This document shows, in pieces, positions 38,364-48,312 of a DNA stretch of 64,000 bases. The notes beneath the pieces were generated by a model. The model was not told the DNA's origin, made no database searches, and saw only the letters and a program-made list of their open reading frames with translations. How positions within the stretch are numbered: the first letter of the stretch is position 1; each line of letters opens with the position of its first letter. The stretch covers positions 16,876 to 80,875 of the forward strand of contig CAVFFZ010000004.1 in the NCBI GenBank assembly GCA_963621995.1, given 5' to 3'. A program made the position numbers and the translations under genes. The DNA is from Lachnospiraceae bacterium (lineage in GTDB: Bacteria > Bacillota > Clostridia > TANB77 > CAG-508).

Positions 38364-39900
38364 TTAATTTTTCCAATATTTTTTATCTAAATTTCTATAT
38401 TGAATTGCTTCTGTAATGTGAGTTATTTCTATATTTTCTTTTTCTTCTAAATCTGCTATTGTTCTAGCAACTTTTAAAATTCTGTTATGTGCTCTTGCAC
38501 TTAAGCCTAATGTTTCAAAAGCTTTCTTTAAAATTTGTTTTTCTTTTTCTCCTAATTTACAATATTTTTCTATTAAAGTTGGTGTTAATTGTGAATTAGA
38601 ATATATTTCTGAATTTTTATATCTACTTTGTTGAATCTTTCTTGCTCTATCTACTCTTTCTTTTATTTTTGCAGATGTTTCTATTTTTTCATTTCCCTGT
38701 AATTTTTCATATTTTACAGGTGTTACCTCTACTTGTATATCTATTCTATCTAAAAGAGGCCCACTTATTTTCCCCATATATTTTTGTATTGCTTGCGGTG
38801 TGCATGTACATTCTTTTTCTTTTGATCCATAAAAACCACAAGGGCATGGATTCATTGAAGCAACAAGCATAAAATTACATGGGTAGCTAAGAGTAGCATT
38901 TATTCTACTTATTGTAACTACTCTATCTTCTAAAGGTCCTCTAAGCACCTCTAATGTATTTTTATTAAATTCTGGTAATTCATCTAAAAACAAAACTCCA
39001 TTGTGTGCTAAACTTATTTCCCCCGGCTTTGGTATTTTCCCTCCACCCACAAGTGATGCTGGTGAAATTGTATGATGTGGTGCTCTATATGGTCTTACTG
39101 TTATGAGTGGCGTATTTTTTGAAAGTACACCTGCCACACTATGTATTTTAGTTGTTTCCAATGCTTCTTCAAAACTCAAACTAGGTAAAATTGATGGAAT
39201 TCTTCTTGCCATCATTGTTTTTCCGTGAACCTGGTGTTCCTATTAAAAGGCAATTGTGTCCACCTGCTGCTGCAACTTCTAATGCTCTTTTTATATTTTC
39301 TTGTCCTTTTACTTCTGAAAAATCCAATAATGTTTCAAATTGTTTTTCAAATATTTTATTTATTTCTATTTTTTGTGTAGGAATTTCTTTTTTAGAATTT
39401 AAATAATTTATGACCTGATTTAAATTTTTTGCACCTAATATTTCTATTCCTTCTACAACTGCCGCTTCTTTTGCATTTTGCAAAGGAATTATAATTTTTG
39501 TTATGCCAAGCCTTTTAGCTTCTATACACATCGGTAAAATTCCTGTTACCGAATTTAGGTTTCCATCAAGTGATAATTCACCTACAAAAGCAATGTCATT
39601 CATTTTTTCCTTATTTACTTCACCTAAACTTGCAAGTATTCCTACAGCTATAGGCAAATCAAAAAATGAACCTTCTTTTTTAGTATCTGCTGGTGCTAAA
39701 TTTACTAATATTTTTCTGCTTTGAAGTTCATAACCTGAATTCCTAATTGCAGTTTTTACTCTTTCCTTTGCTTCTTTTATACTTGTATCTGGAAGTCCTA
39801 CTATTTCAAATCCAGGCATGCCTGAAGAAATGTCTACTTGCACAGAAACTAAATATCCATCTAGCCCTGTTAATGACATACTTTTTACTATTGATAACAT
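38364..39900 (-). pseudogene. comM: ComM/YifB Mg-chelatase-like ATPase, single-base frameshift in Walker A
   Basis: Track ORFs 39181..40011 and 38364..39215. [11 protein letters not shown] versus [11 protein letters not shown]; deleting the base at 39225 restores [19 protein letters not shown]. Confidence 0.85.
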
Positions 39901-40091
39901 ATTTCCTTCTTTCTTTTTGGGTTTTATTTTAGAATTAATTTTTATTTGAATAAAAAATTGTTTTAAATAAATTTTCTTATTTATATCATAATTTATTTTG
40001 TTTGTAAACATAAAGCCGATAATTTTTTAAAGAAATTATCGACTCTATTTTATGTTTTCCGACTTTTTTATTTAATTATATTTATAAAATT

Positions 40092-42290
40092 TCATTTTTT
40101 TAATCTTAACGCATTTAGTGTTACTGTTAAACTGCTTATTACCATTGCTAAACTTGCCCACATTGGATTTATTGAAATTCCTATTGGTTTTAGTATTCCT
40201 ATTGCTATTGGTATCATTAAAATATTATAGAAAAATGCCCAGAATAAATTTTGTTTTATATTTTTTATTGTTCTTTTGCTTATTTCTATTAATTTTAATA
40301 TTGAATTTAAGTCATTTTTTGTTAATATTACGTCTGCTGAATCCATTGCTATGTCTGTTCCACTTTTTACACTTACTCCTATATTTGCTTTTGTTATAGC
40401 TAAACTATCATTTATTCCGTCTCCACACATCATTACCATTTTTTTCTCTTGTTGTAAATTTTCTATTATTTCAGCTTTTTGAACTGGTAACACGTTTGAT
40501 ATTACTTTTGTAATTCCTAGCTTGCTTGCTATTTTCCCTGCTGTTTGGTTATTATCTCCTGTAAGCATAATTGTTTGCATATTTTTATTATTTATTTTTT
40601 CTATTACTTCTTTTGCATTTTCTCTTAATATATCATTTACCCCAATTAAAGCAATAATTTTCTTATTTTTAATTACATAAATTATGCTATTCCCATCTGA
40701 TGTTAATTTATTTTCATCTTCTATATGTTCATTTTGAATATTATATTTTTCTACAATTTTTCTGTTTCCTAATATTATTTCGTCATTTTCTATTTTTCCT
40801 ATAATTCCATATCCTGCAATATTCTCAAATGTTTTTACTTCTATTTTTTCTTGTTTTTTAGTTTCCATATAGTCTGTAAAAGCTTTTCCTATAGGATGTG
40901 TTGATTTTTCTTCTATACTACCAACTATTTGTATTAATTGGTCATTATTTAATTCACTATAATTATATATTTCGGAAATCTTTAATTTTCCGTAAGTTAA
41001 AGTTCCTGTTTTGTCAAATACTATAGTGTTTGTTTTTGAGGCATTTTCTAATACTTCACTTTTCTTTACTAATATTCCATTATTTACGCATACTCCCTCG
41101 CTTACTACTATTGCAAGTGGTGTTGCTAAACCTAAACTGCATGGGCATGCAACTACTAATATAGTAACAAATGTGCTTATTGCTACTGATATATTATATC
41201 CTAATATTAAATATATTATAAAAGTTATTATTGCTATTAAAATAACTACTGGCACAAAATATCCTGAAATTTTATCTGCTATTTTTGCTATTGGAGCTTT
41301 GGTATTACTTGCTTCTATTACTAATCTTACTATTTCTGATATTGTTGATTCTTTTCCAATTTTTTCTGCCTTATATTTTATAAACCCATCATAATTTAGA
41401 CTTCCTGCAATTACTTTTTCTCCTATTTCTCTATTTACTGGCTTGCTTTCCCCTGTTATAAAAGATTCATCTAAATGCGCTTTTCCTTCTATTATTTCTC
41501 CATCTACTGCTATTTTTTCCCCTGGTTTTGCAATTAAAATATTACCTTTTTTAATTTCATCTAGCGTTACTTGCTTTGGCTTGCCATCTATTTCAAGAGT
41601 TGCCATGCTTGGTGTTATTTCTACTAATTTTTTTATGGCTTCTCTTGTTTTGTCTTTGCTAATTCCATCTATATATCTTCCTAATTTTATAAAATAAATT
41701 ATAATTGCTGCAGATTCGAAATATAAATTCATTACAAAATGATTATTCCCATTAAATATTTCGTACATTCCATATACACTGTAAGCCAAACTACTTAATA
41801 CTCCAATTGTAACTAATGTATCCATATTTGGAATTAAATGTATTAAATTTTTAAAGCCATTTTTTAAAATATCATACCCATACATTAAAAAAGTAATTGT
41901 TAATATAAATAATGTTATTGCATAATTTATTGGATTATTATAAGGATTTAATAAATTAATTGTTGATAAATTTATCATATGCCCCATTGAAATATACATC
42001 AATATAATTGCTAAAATGGTAAATACAATAAATTTTATTTTTTCTGTTTTATTTTTATTTTCTATTTTGAATTCCTTAAATATTCCTGTACTTTTAAAGC
42101 CTGCCTGTTTTACATATTTTTCAATTTTTTCTTGATTTAATATATTTTCGTCATAATAGATTGTAGCATTTGCCATTACTAAATTTACTCTAGCCTCTAT
42201 TATTCCGTTTTGCTTGTTTAAATATTTTTCTAATCCATTTGAACAAGCACTACAAGTCATTCCTTCTATACCTAAAATAATATTTTTCAT
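40092..42290 (-). CDS. copA: copper-translocating P1B-type ATPase
   Basis: GMTCSAC metal-binding domain, CPC (ACPCSLGLATP), DKTGT, GDGINDS. Confidence 0.9.
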   Translation of the reverse strand: MKNIILGIEGMTCSACSNGLEKYLNKQNGIIEARVNLVMANATIYYDENILNQEKIEKYVKQAGFKSTGIFKEFKIENKNKTEKIKFIVFTILAIILMYISMGHMINLSTINLLNPYNNPINYAITLFILTITFLMYGYDILKNGFKNLIHLIPNMDTLVTIGVLSSLAYSVYGMYEIFNGNNHFVMNLYFESAAIIIYFIKLGRYIDGISKDKTREAIKKLVEITPSMATLEIDGKPKQVTLDEIKKGNILIAKPGEKIAVDGEIIEGKAHLDESFITGESKPVNREIGEKVIAGSLNYDGFIKYKAEKIGKESTISEIVRLVIEASNTKAPIAKIADKISGYFVPVVILIAIITFIIYLILGYNISVAISTFVTILVVACPCSLGLATPLAIVVSEGVCVNNGILVKKSEVLENASKTNTIVFDKTGTLTYGKLKISEIYNYSELNNDQLIQIVGSIEEKSTHPIGKAFTDYMETKKQEKIEVKTFENIAGYGIIGKIENDEIILGNRKIVEKYNIQNEHIEDENKLTSDGNSIIYVIKNKKIIALIGVNDILRENAKEVIEKINNKNMQTIMLTGDNNQTAGKIASKLGITKVISNVLPVQKAEIIENLQQEKKMVMMCGDGINDSLAITKANIGVSVKSGTDIAMDSADVILTKNDLNSILKLIEISKRTIKNIKQNLFWAFFYNILMIPIAIGILKPIGISINPMWASLAMVISSLTVTLNALRLKK

Positions 42291-42340
42291 TTTATTATTC
42301 CTTCCGCATTTTGTTCTTTGGTATACTTGCTTAAAAATTA

Positions 42341-42547
42341 TTATTCTTTTACTTCAAAACCTAATTCGTCAATTCTTTCTTTTATTTCATTTATGTCTGC
42401 TTCATCTTCCATTTTTATTATTACTTTATTATTTTCGTGATTTGCTGTTACTTCCTTAACATTTTTAATTTCTTTCAAAGAGTTTTCCACTCTTTTTTCA
42501 CAACCTGTGCAAACCATTCCTTCTACATTTAAAATAATTTCTTTCAT
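42341..42547 (-). CDS. copZ: copper chaperone CopZ
   Basis: 68 aa, GMVCTGC HMA motif, upstream of copA. Confidence 0.85.
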   Translation of the reverse strand: MKEIILNVEGMVCTGCEKRVENSLKEIKNVKEVTANHENNKVIIKMEDEADINEIKERIDELGFEVKE

Positions 42548-42720
42548 TTTTAAACTCTCCCTTCTTTATTTATTAAATTTTTTAAATAAACTTATTAATT
42601 TTTCCATTTTTTTTCATATTATATACTCTTTATGGTATTTTGTAAATATAGGGGTATACTTTCAACTTTTGCTATAAATTCCGAATAATTTTAACTTGAC
42701 TGAGCAATTCCTTTATTTTA

Positions 42721-42749
42721 TTGACTTTTTGGCATTTTTAATATATAAT
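42721..42749 (+). promoter_or_regulatory. sigma-A promoter, TTGACT-17 nt-TATAAT
   Basis: About 40 nt upstream of the AAA-M41 gene start. Confidence 0.55.
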
Positions 42750-42787
42750 ATAAATATATTTTGTTTTAATTTAAAGGAGGCGATTTT

Positions 42788-44728
42788 ATGAAGTTAAACA
42801 TTACATCTCAAAAACTGATAAACGAAATGAAACGGATAATGCAAGAACAGGCAAGAACTAGTTGCAATGTGCAAACATTAATTAATTCTCTGTTTGACAT
42901 TCGTGATACTGAAAATGATTTTGCGAATTTATTTTACATTTATTTTGAAAGAAAATTAAAAATTAAAATTGATGTTATAGATTCTGCAATTCTTCAACTC
43001 AATAATGAAACAGAAATTGGCGTAACTAGTACAAAGTTTGTGTTTGAGACTTGCGAAGGTAATACCATAGATATTGAAATTGACGAAGAACTTGAAAAAG
43101 TCATTTATTCTGTAAATAATATTCTTATAGAAAATGAAAAAAAATACGTCATCCCAGATTATTTTGTGGTAGCACTTTTTGAATCAGAATCTCAAACAAT
43201 GCGTAGGTTTTTGAAGAAAATTAATGCTAATTATATGGAGGCAAAAGCATTCTTCAAAAGAGAAAAAATTTTTGGTTATGAAATTGTACCATATGAACTT
43301 AGTTCTTTTGTATGGTACAGGAACCCCGATTACAAAGGAATAGATTGTGATATTGTAGGGAGGGAAGAAGAAATCAAAGCAATTTATCGTATCATGTTAA
43401 AATCCAGCAAGCGGAATGTTATTATCTATGGCGACGCAGGTGTAGGTAAAACTGCTGTTGGAGAAAAGTTTATTTATGAAATAGCAAATGGATTGTGTCC
43501 CTTGAGATTTGCTAATTTCAAAGTTCTTGAGATGAGTGTAAGACACTTCATACTCAATTGCGAAAATTCAAGACAAGCTAATGAAAAGATGAATTCACTT
43601 TTGGATTTTTTAAGTAAGCAAAAAGATGATATTGTTTTGCTTATTGATGAAATTCAGACAATACTTGGTAAAGGTGGATTTTTTGATTCAAAAAAACTTG
43701 ACTTGTCAGCAACTTTAAAACCAATTCTGGCACGAAGCGATTTAAGAATTATTGGAATAACAACATCAATTGATTATTACAATAATTTTTTGTCAGATGA
43801 AACACTTTCCAGAAGATTTGAAGGAGTAGAAATCAAAGTTCCCAAATATAGTGAAATCTTTGACCTAATTATTCCAAGAGTAAAAAGAATAGAAGCCAAA
43901 AAAGGAATATCAATTTCCAATGAAGCTATTAATCAATGTATTTGGTATGCCGCGTGTTTTGAATACAATAAGTCAAACCCAGATAAGAGTATTGATGTTG
44001 TTGATAGAGCAATGGCAAATGCTGAATTGGAAGGCAGAAATTATGTTATGAAAGATGACATTGTAAATGTTTTCAGAATTTCATTTGAAAAATGGAATAA
44101 TATGGATGAAAATGTTAGACTTTCAACAGCATATCATGAAGCTGGGCATTATGTTATATCACGAATCATTAGCCGTAAAGTATATGAGGTCCTTGCAGTA
44201 TCAATATATCCAACAGATGAGTACAACGGTGTTAATGTATTCGAGTATAATGATGAAGCTACCCCTATAACAAACAGAAAATTCTTTTTGGATAATATGG
44301 CTGCCGATTTAGGAGGAAGAGCAGCAGAAGAGCTTGTGTTTAATGATGTCACTAGCGCAGCAACCATTGATTTGTTTAATGCAACAGAAATTGCCAAGAC
44401 TATGACTATGGAATATGGCTTTTGTGGAAAAATTGGCAAGAATAGGTACTATGCTGATTCAGACATGAAAATCGGTAGTGGTGAAAATGCAGATAAAATA
44501 AGCGAAGAAATAAATAATATAATAGATGAAGCTTATGAGCTAGCTAAGGAATATCTGGTAAACAACAGAGATTACCTTGACGCGATTGCAAATGCATTGG
44601 TAACACATAAGATTCTTATGAAAGAAGAACTAGACCTAATATGGGAACATGTTTCTAAAAAAAGAAGTGCATATAAGAAAGGTAAAAAAGTTGTGAAACG
44701 CATAAAAATAATGAAAATATTTAAATAA
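42788..44728 (+). CDS. soluble ClpA/B-like (Clp_N plus D1 AAA+) ATPase fused to an FtsH-type M41 metalloprotease domain
   Basis: IVGREEEIKAIYRIMLKSSKRNVIIYGDAGVGKTA, LLIDEIQ, LSRRFEGVEI (Clp D1), then TAYHEAGHYV...DLGGRAAEELVF (M41 HEXXH). No TM segment seen. Confidence 0.75.
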   Translation: MKLNITSQKLINEMKRIMQEQARTSCNVQTLINSLFDIRDTENDFANLFYIYFERKLKIKIDVIDSAILQLNNETEIGVTSTKFVFETCEGNTIDIEIDEELEKVIYSVNNILIENEKKYVIPDYFVVALFESESQTMRRFLKKINANYMEAKAFFKREKIFGYEIVPYELSSFVWYRNPDYKGIDCDIVGREEEIKAIYRIMLKSSKRNVIIYGDAGVGKTAVGEKFIYEIANGLCPLRFANFKVLEMSVRHFILNCENSRQANEKMNSLLDFLSKQKDDIVLLIDEIQTILGKGGFFDSKKLDLSATLKPILARSDLRIIGITTSIDYYNNFLSDETLSRRFEGVEIKVPKYSEIFDLIIPRVKRIEAKKGISISNEAINQCIWYAACFEYNKSNPDKSIDVVDRAMANAELEGRNYVMKDDIVNVFRISFEKWNNMDENVRLSTAYHEAGHYVISRIISRKVYEVLAVSIYPTDEYNGVNVFEYNDEATPITNRKFFLDNMAADLGGRAAEELVFNDVTSAATIDLFNATEIAKTMTMEYGFCGKIGKNRYYADSDMKIGSGENADKISEEINNIIDEAYELAKEYLVNNRDYLDAIANALVTHKILMKEELDLIWEHVSKKRSAYKKGKKVVKRIKIMKIFK

Positions 44729-44754
44729 ATTTTTCATTTATATCGTCAAAAATA

Positions 44755-44789
44755 AAAAGGATCAAACTACAATAGTTTGGTCCTTTTTC
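44755..44789 (+). terminator. intrinsic terminator after the AAA-M41 gene
   Basis: AAAAAGGATCAAACTA-loop-TAGTTTGGTCCTTTTT. Confidence 0.6.
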
Positions 44790-44862
44790 TCTATTAATTT
44801 CTGTAATTTTCACTTTTACGCAATATATGTATGAAAAATTGAAATTTAAGAAAATTATATTT

Positions 44863-44882
44863 ATAAGCATTGCAATGCTTAT
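44863..44882. promoter_or_regulatory. perfect 20-bp palindrome overlapping a -35 box (candidate operator)
   Basis: ATAAGCATTGCAATGCTTAT. TTGCAA (44870-44875), 18 nt, TGgTATAAT (-10 at 44894-44899). Confidence 0.5.
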
Positions 44883-44979
44883 GTAAATTATGGTATAATA
44901 ATAGAGTGTAAAGCAAACTTATATGAAACTTTAACAGTATGTTTAAAAATAAATATATATCATTTAAGGAAGGATAATT

Positions 44980-45270
44980 ATGGACGAATTTATTGTTATT
45001 AAAGTAATGAATAAGGCTACTTTGAGAGTATTGAAAAACCAAAATAAAGATTATTCAAAAAATGAAAAAATCTGTAGTCTTTTAGAGGATGAATCTTTTT
45101 TTTATAAAGTAACAAAAGAAGCTTCATTAGCGGTATTAAATCAAGTTGGAGTGAATACAGAAATGCTTGATATAACATACAAAAAATTAGTAAATAAAAT
45201 AAATTTTGATAAATTAGTTAATCAAGGTAAAATTGATATAAATGATGAAAATTTAGTTGTTAAATTTTAA
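44980..45270 (+). CDS. hypothetical 96-aa protein (first gene of the operon)
   Basis: AAGGAAGGATAATT-ATG. No family recognised. Confidence 0.5.
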   Translation: MDEFIVIKVMNKATLRVLKNQNKDYSKNEKICSLLEDESFFYKVTKEASLAVLNQVGVNTEMLDITYKKLVNKINFDKLVNQGKIDINDENLVVKF

Positions 45271-45293
45271 TTAAAGGAGAAATATTTTTCAAA

Positions 45294-46310
45294 ATGAGTA
45301 ACGAATATATAAAAAAATTTTATGAAGAAGCTTGTACGAATTTAGATGGTGAATATAAAATTGTAGTAGAAGCCGATAGAGACATTGAGGAAGAATGGAT
45401 TGAGCATGATGTTATAGATTGGCAAATAGAAGATTGTATGAAAAGTTTAGTGGAAGAGCTTTCCAAAAATACATTATTAACTTTTGAAGAAAAAGTTTTA
45501 AAATTATACGAATTTATATGTTTACATTATGTATATGATGTAAATGTATTATATTTTTTTAGAACAGATACAACAGATCCAGAAAATATTAAACATATTG
45601 CATGTGATTGGTATGGACGTATTATAAAACAAGATTGGTATTTAAAAAGACAAAATCATAATAGAAGAATATGTTATGAGTTCTCTAGATTTTATGCTAA
45701 AGCAATTAATACTTTGATTGACAATAAAAACGATTTAGAAGCAGTTATATTAGGAGATAGAGAAAATAATCATTATGTTGTCGGACTAACAGGAAAAGAT
45801 TATAGTATTATATTAGATCAAGATGATTTTAATCAAATAAAAGATTTAACAAGAGTTAAATTAGGTTTAACAATCAAAGGTATACATATATTTAGAGATG
45901 ATTCAGGAAAATTTACAAAAATACTTGAAAATTATAATAATAATAAATTAGATGAAGTAAAAGAAATTTCTGATGCGAGAAAAAAATACTTAGAAAATAA
46001 TGATATTATTGCATACATAAATGTAATTATTGATGTAATGAGAAAAAACAACATTGATGCTCAAGGTTGTTTTGAATATGTTAGAATTACAATAGAAAAA
46101 TTAGGAATGGATTTTCAAAAAATCTGGAAAGAAGATATTTCTGCAGATGAAAAAAGATATGAAAGATGTTTATACTTTAATGTAGATGATAAAAATTATT
46201 TATTAGATAGTATTGAAAAAAAATTGAAAGAAGTAACTGAGGCAGATTTAAGAGGTAGTGAATTTGTTTTTAGTCCAGAAGAAAACGAATATAAATATTA
46301 TGGTGGTTAA
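45294..46310 (+). CDS. transglutaminase-fold (Cys-His-Asp) protein, paralog 1
   Basis: EEKVLKLYEFICLHYVYD..., RRICYEFSRFYAKAI (Cys), NHYVVGLTG (His), ILDQDDF (Asp). Order and spacing match the transglutaminase-like core. Confidence 0.55.
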   Translation: MSNEYIKKFYEEACTNLDGEYKIVVEADRDIEEEWIEHDVIDWQIEDCMKSLVEELSKNTLLTFEEKVLKLYEFICLHYVYDVNVLYFFRTDTTDPENIKHIACDWYGRIIKQDWYLKRQNHNRRICYEFSRFYAKAINTLIDNKNDLEAVILGDRENNHYVVGLTGKDYSIILDQDDFNQIKDLTRVKLGLTIKGIHIFRDDSGKFTKILENYNNNKLDEVKEISDARKKYLENNDIIAYINVIIDVMRKNNIDAQGCFEYVRITIEKLGMDFQKIWKEDISADEKRYERCLYFNVDDKNYLLDSIEKKLKEVTEADLRGSEFVFSPEENEYKYYGG

Positions 46311-46325
46311 AAGGAGATATATTAT

Positions 46326-47462
46326 ATGAATCTAACAAAAATCAGTCAATTAAGTAATTTAATTAGTAGAGATTTAAAAAGAAAGGTTACAATAATGCTT
46401 GATCCTTCTGAAAATTATCGTATGGTTGGTAATTCAAATGAAGTTTTGTTAAGCACTGATCCAGTTGAATGGGAAATTCCTTTAAAATATGTTAAAAAGA
46501 TTGATGAGTTATGTAGTAACCCTGAGTTAAGCACTGAAGAAAAAATAGTAAGAATATATGAGGATTTATGTGAAGATTATACATATGATGATAATGTTTT
46601 ATCATATATTACTAAAAATGATGATGATACATTTTCTTTAACAGACTATTATGGTAGAAACACAAGTAAAGAATGGAGAAAAGAACGAAATAAACACAAT
46701 AAAAGAAATTGTTTTGAAATGTCTAGAATTCTTGCAAAATCTGTTAAAAAAATAACAAATAACGATGAAAAACCTTATGATTATAATGTATGTGTTATTT
46801 GGGATGAGGCGGTTACTCATTATTTAGTTGGACTAACTGGTAGTGATTATTTTGCAACACTTGATTTGGATGATTTTAATCAAATAAAGGATTTAACAAG
46901 GCAAAAAGCAAATCTTACCTTAGAAGGAATAAAAATATATGAAGACCCTAATAATCGTTTAACTAATGTAGTTAATGAACATAATTGTGGTAGAAAATCA
47001 AGTGCATTAGATGCAATAGAATGTAGAATAGATCAAAAAGAAAATATAGAGCCTAATTATAAATCATTAATTGAATATAATGATCTTGAATTTATAAAAG
47101 AAACAATAGATATTTTAAAGAATGAACTGAAAATTGACTCACAAGGTATTTATGAATATATAAAAGAAATTGTAGATACAAAATTTGGACCAAGAACTAG
47201 AAAAAAAGTTTGGACAGAAGTACCAAGCAAACCAGGTATTGGTAAAATATATACTCGTGGACTTGTACTACAAATATATGGTAAATCTTATTTAATAGAT
47301 GTTACAAGTAAAACATCAGATGATATGATGCGTCAGGTTACAAAAGAGGAGCTGAATTCTCCAAACGGACCAATTCCATATAATAAATTGCAACGTAATT
47401 GGGATACAGATCCTTTTGATGGTCGTGCTGGTAAAGAATATTATGATGAAGAGGAGAGATAA
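46326..47462 (+). CDS. transglutaminase-fold (Cys-His-Asp) protein, paralog 2
   Basis: EEKIVRIYEDLCEDYTYD..., KRNCFEMSRILAKSV, THYLVGLTG, LDLDDFNQIKDLTR. Clearly paralogous to 45294..46310. Confidence 0.55.
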   Translation: MNLTKISQLSNLISRDLKRKVTIMLDPSENYRMVGNSNEVLLSTDPVEWEIPLKYVKKIDELCSNPELSTEEKIVRIYEDLCEDYTYDDNVLSYITKNDDDTFSLTDYYGRNTSKEWRKERNKHNKRNCFEMSRILAKSVKKITNNDEKPYDYNVCVIWDEAVTHYLVGLTGSDYFATLDLDDFNQIKDLTRQKANLTLEGIKIYEDPNNRLTNVVNEHNCGRKSSALDAIECRIDQKENIEPNYKSLIEYNDLEFIKETIDILKNELKIDSQGIYEYIKEIVDTKFGPRTRKKVWTEVPSKPGIGKIYTRGLVLQIYGKSYLIDVTSKTSDDMMRQVTKEELNSPNGPIPYNKLQRNWDTDPFDGRAGKEYYDEEER

Positions 47463-47467
47463 TAAAA

Positions 47468-48082
47468 ATGAAAAAAAAAGTTATTGTGGTTATTGCTACA
47501 GAATCAAAAGATAAAATATCAGGAATCCAAGAAGCTTTTAATGAATTCTTTCCAGATAAGGATTATGGTGTAAAATATTATTATGGTAAAACACAATCTG
47601 ACGTTTCTGATCAACCATTTGGTGATGAAACATATTTGGGGGCTTATAATAGAATTAATAATATTAAGGCTAAATACGATTCAATATTAAAAGATAAAGA
47701 CGCTGATTATTATGTTAGCTGTGAAGCAGGTATAGATGACACAAATAAAGCAATGGTAGCTGGTAAATTAGAAACAATGTATGCTAGTGAACAAATTTCT
47801 TGTATATTAAATACTCAAACAGGTGAATATTCTTATGGCAAAAGTAGTTCGTGGATGATTCCTGCTGAAGATATAAAAAAAATTAAAGAATCTGATTTAG
47901 ATCAATATTTAAGAGGTTTAGAGTACACAGGATTACATGATGTGGGAAATGGCAATTATATTTCCAGAAGTATAGCTGTAAAACAATCTATGGAATCAGC
48001 AATAGCAACAAGTTTGTTTTTAGAAAGAAAACAAAAAATAGAAGAACGTAAAAATGCAAATGACATTGATGAAAAGCAATAA
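47468..48082 (+). CDS. YjjX-family (DUF84) non-canonical NTP phosphatase (ITPase/XTPase-like)
   Basis: VVIATESKDKISGIQEAF..., SDVSDQPFGDETYLGAYNR, YYVSCEAG, as in inosine/xanthosine triphosphatases. Confidence 0.6.
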   Translation: MKKKVIVVIATESKDKISGIQEAFNEFFPDKDYGVKYYYGKTQSDVSDQPFGDETYLGAYNRINNIKAKYDSILKDKDADYYVSCEAGIDDTNKAMVAGKLETMYASEQISCILNTQTGEYSYGKSSSWMIPAEDIKKIKESDLDQYLRGLEYTGLHDVGNGNYISRSIAVKQSMESAIATSLFLERKQKIEERKNANDIDEKQ

Positions 48083-48089
48083 TTTTTAA

Positions 48090-48312
48090 TGTTTGAACAT
48101 GTTATATATAATAATAAGTGATTTTTATTATCAATTTTATGTTGTAATGCACCTTGAATGATTTGATAAATTATATTATTCATATTCAATGTTCTTTGAC
48201 CTGTATTTGTTTTTGTAGTATTTCCTATAATTGCTTTGCCATTATTATCTTTTGTTTGAGTTCTTCTAATATAGATTTTTATGTTTTCTTGTGATTCATA
48301 TTAAAAATAGTA
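48090..48312 (-). pseudogene. relic of a tyrosine integrase gene (internal fragment fused to its own upstream region)
   Basis: 48100-48287 aligns with 50160-50341 of the integrase at 49810-51203. 48283-48312 aligns with the xis-int spacer at 51292-51320. The junction lies in the shared heptamer GTTTTCT. Confidence 0.7.

Noticed and set aside
42548-42720. Searched for a CsoR/CopY-type operator in the copZ-copA promoter region (for example ATATAGGGGTATAC).
   Set aside because: I found no convincing dyad symmetry, and no regulator gene is adjacent. This is not enough to call a site.
47956-48189. 77-aa ORF (MNMNNIIYQIIQGAL...) that looks like a small gene after yjjX.
   Set aside because: Its first 27 codons are the integrase relic. 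The remainder is antisense read-through into the YjjX gene, so it is a chimeric artefact of the rearrangement.
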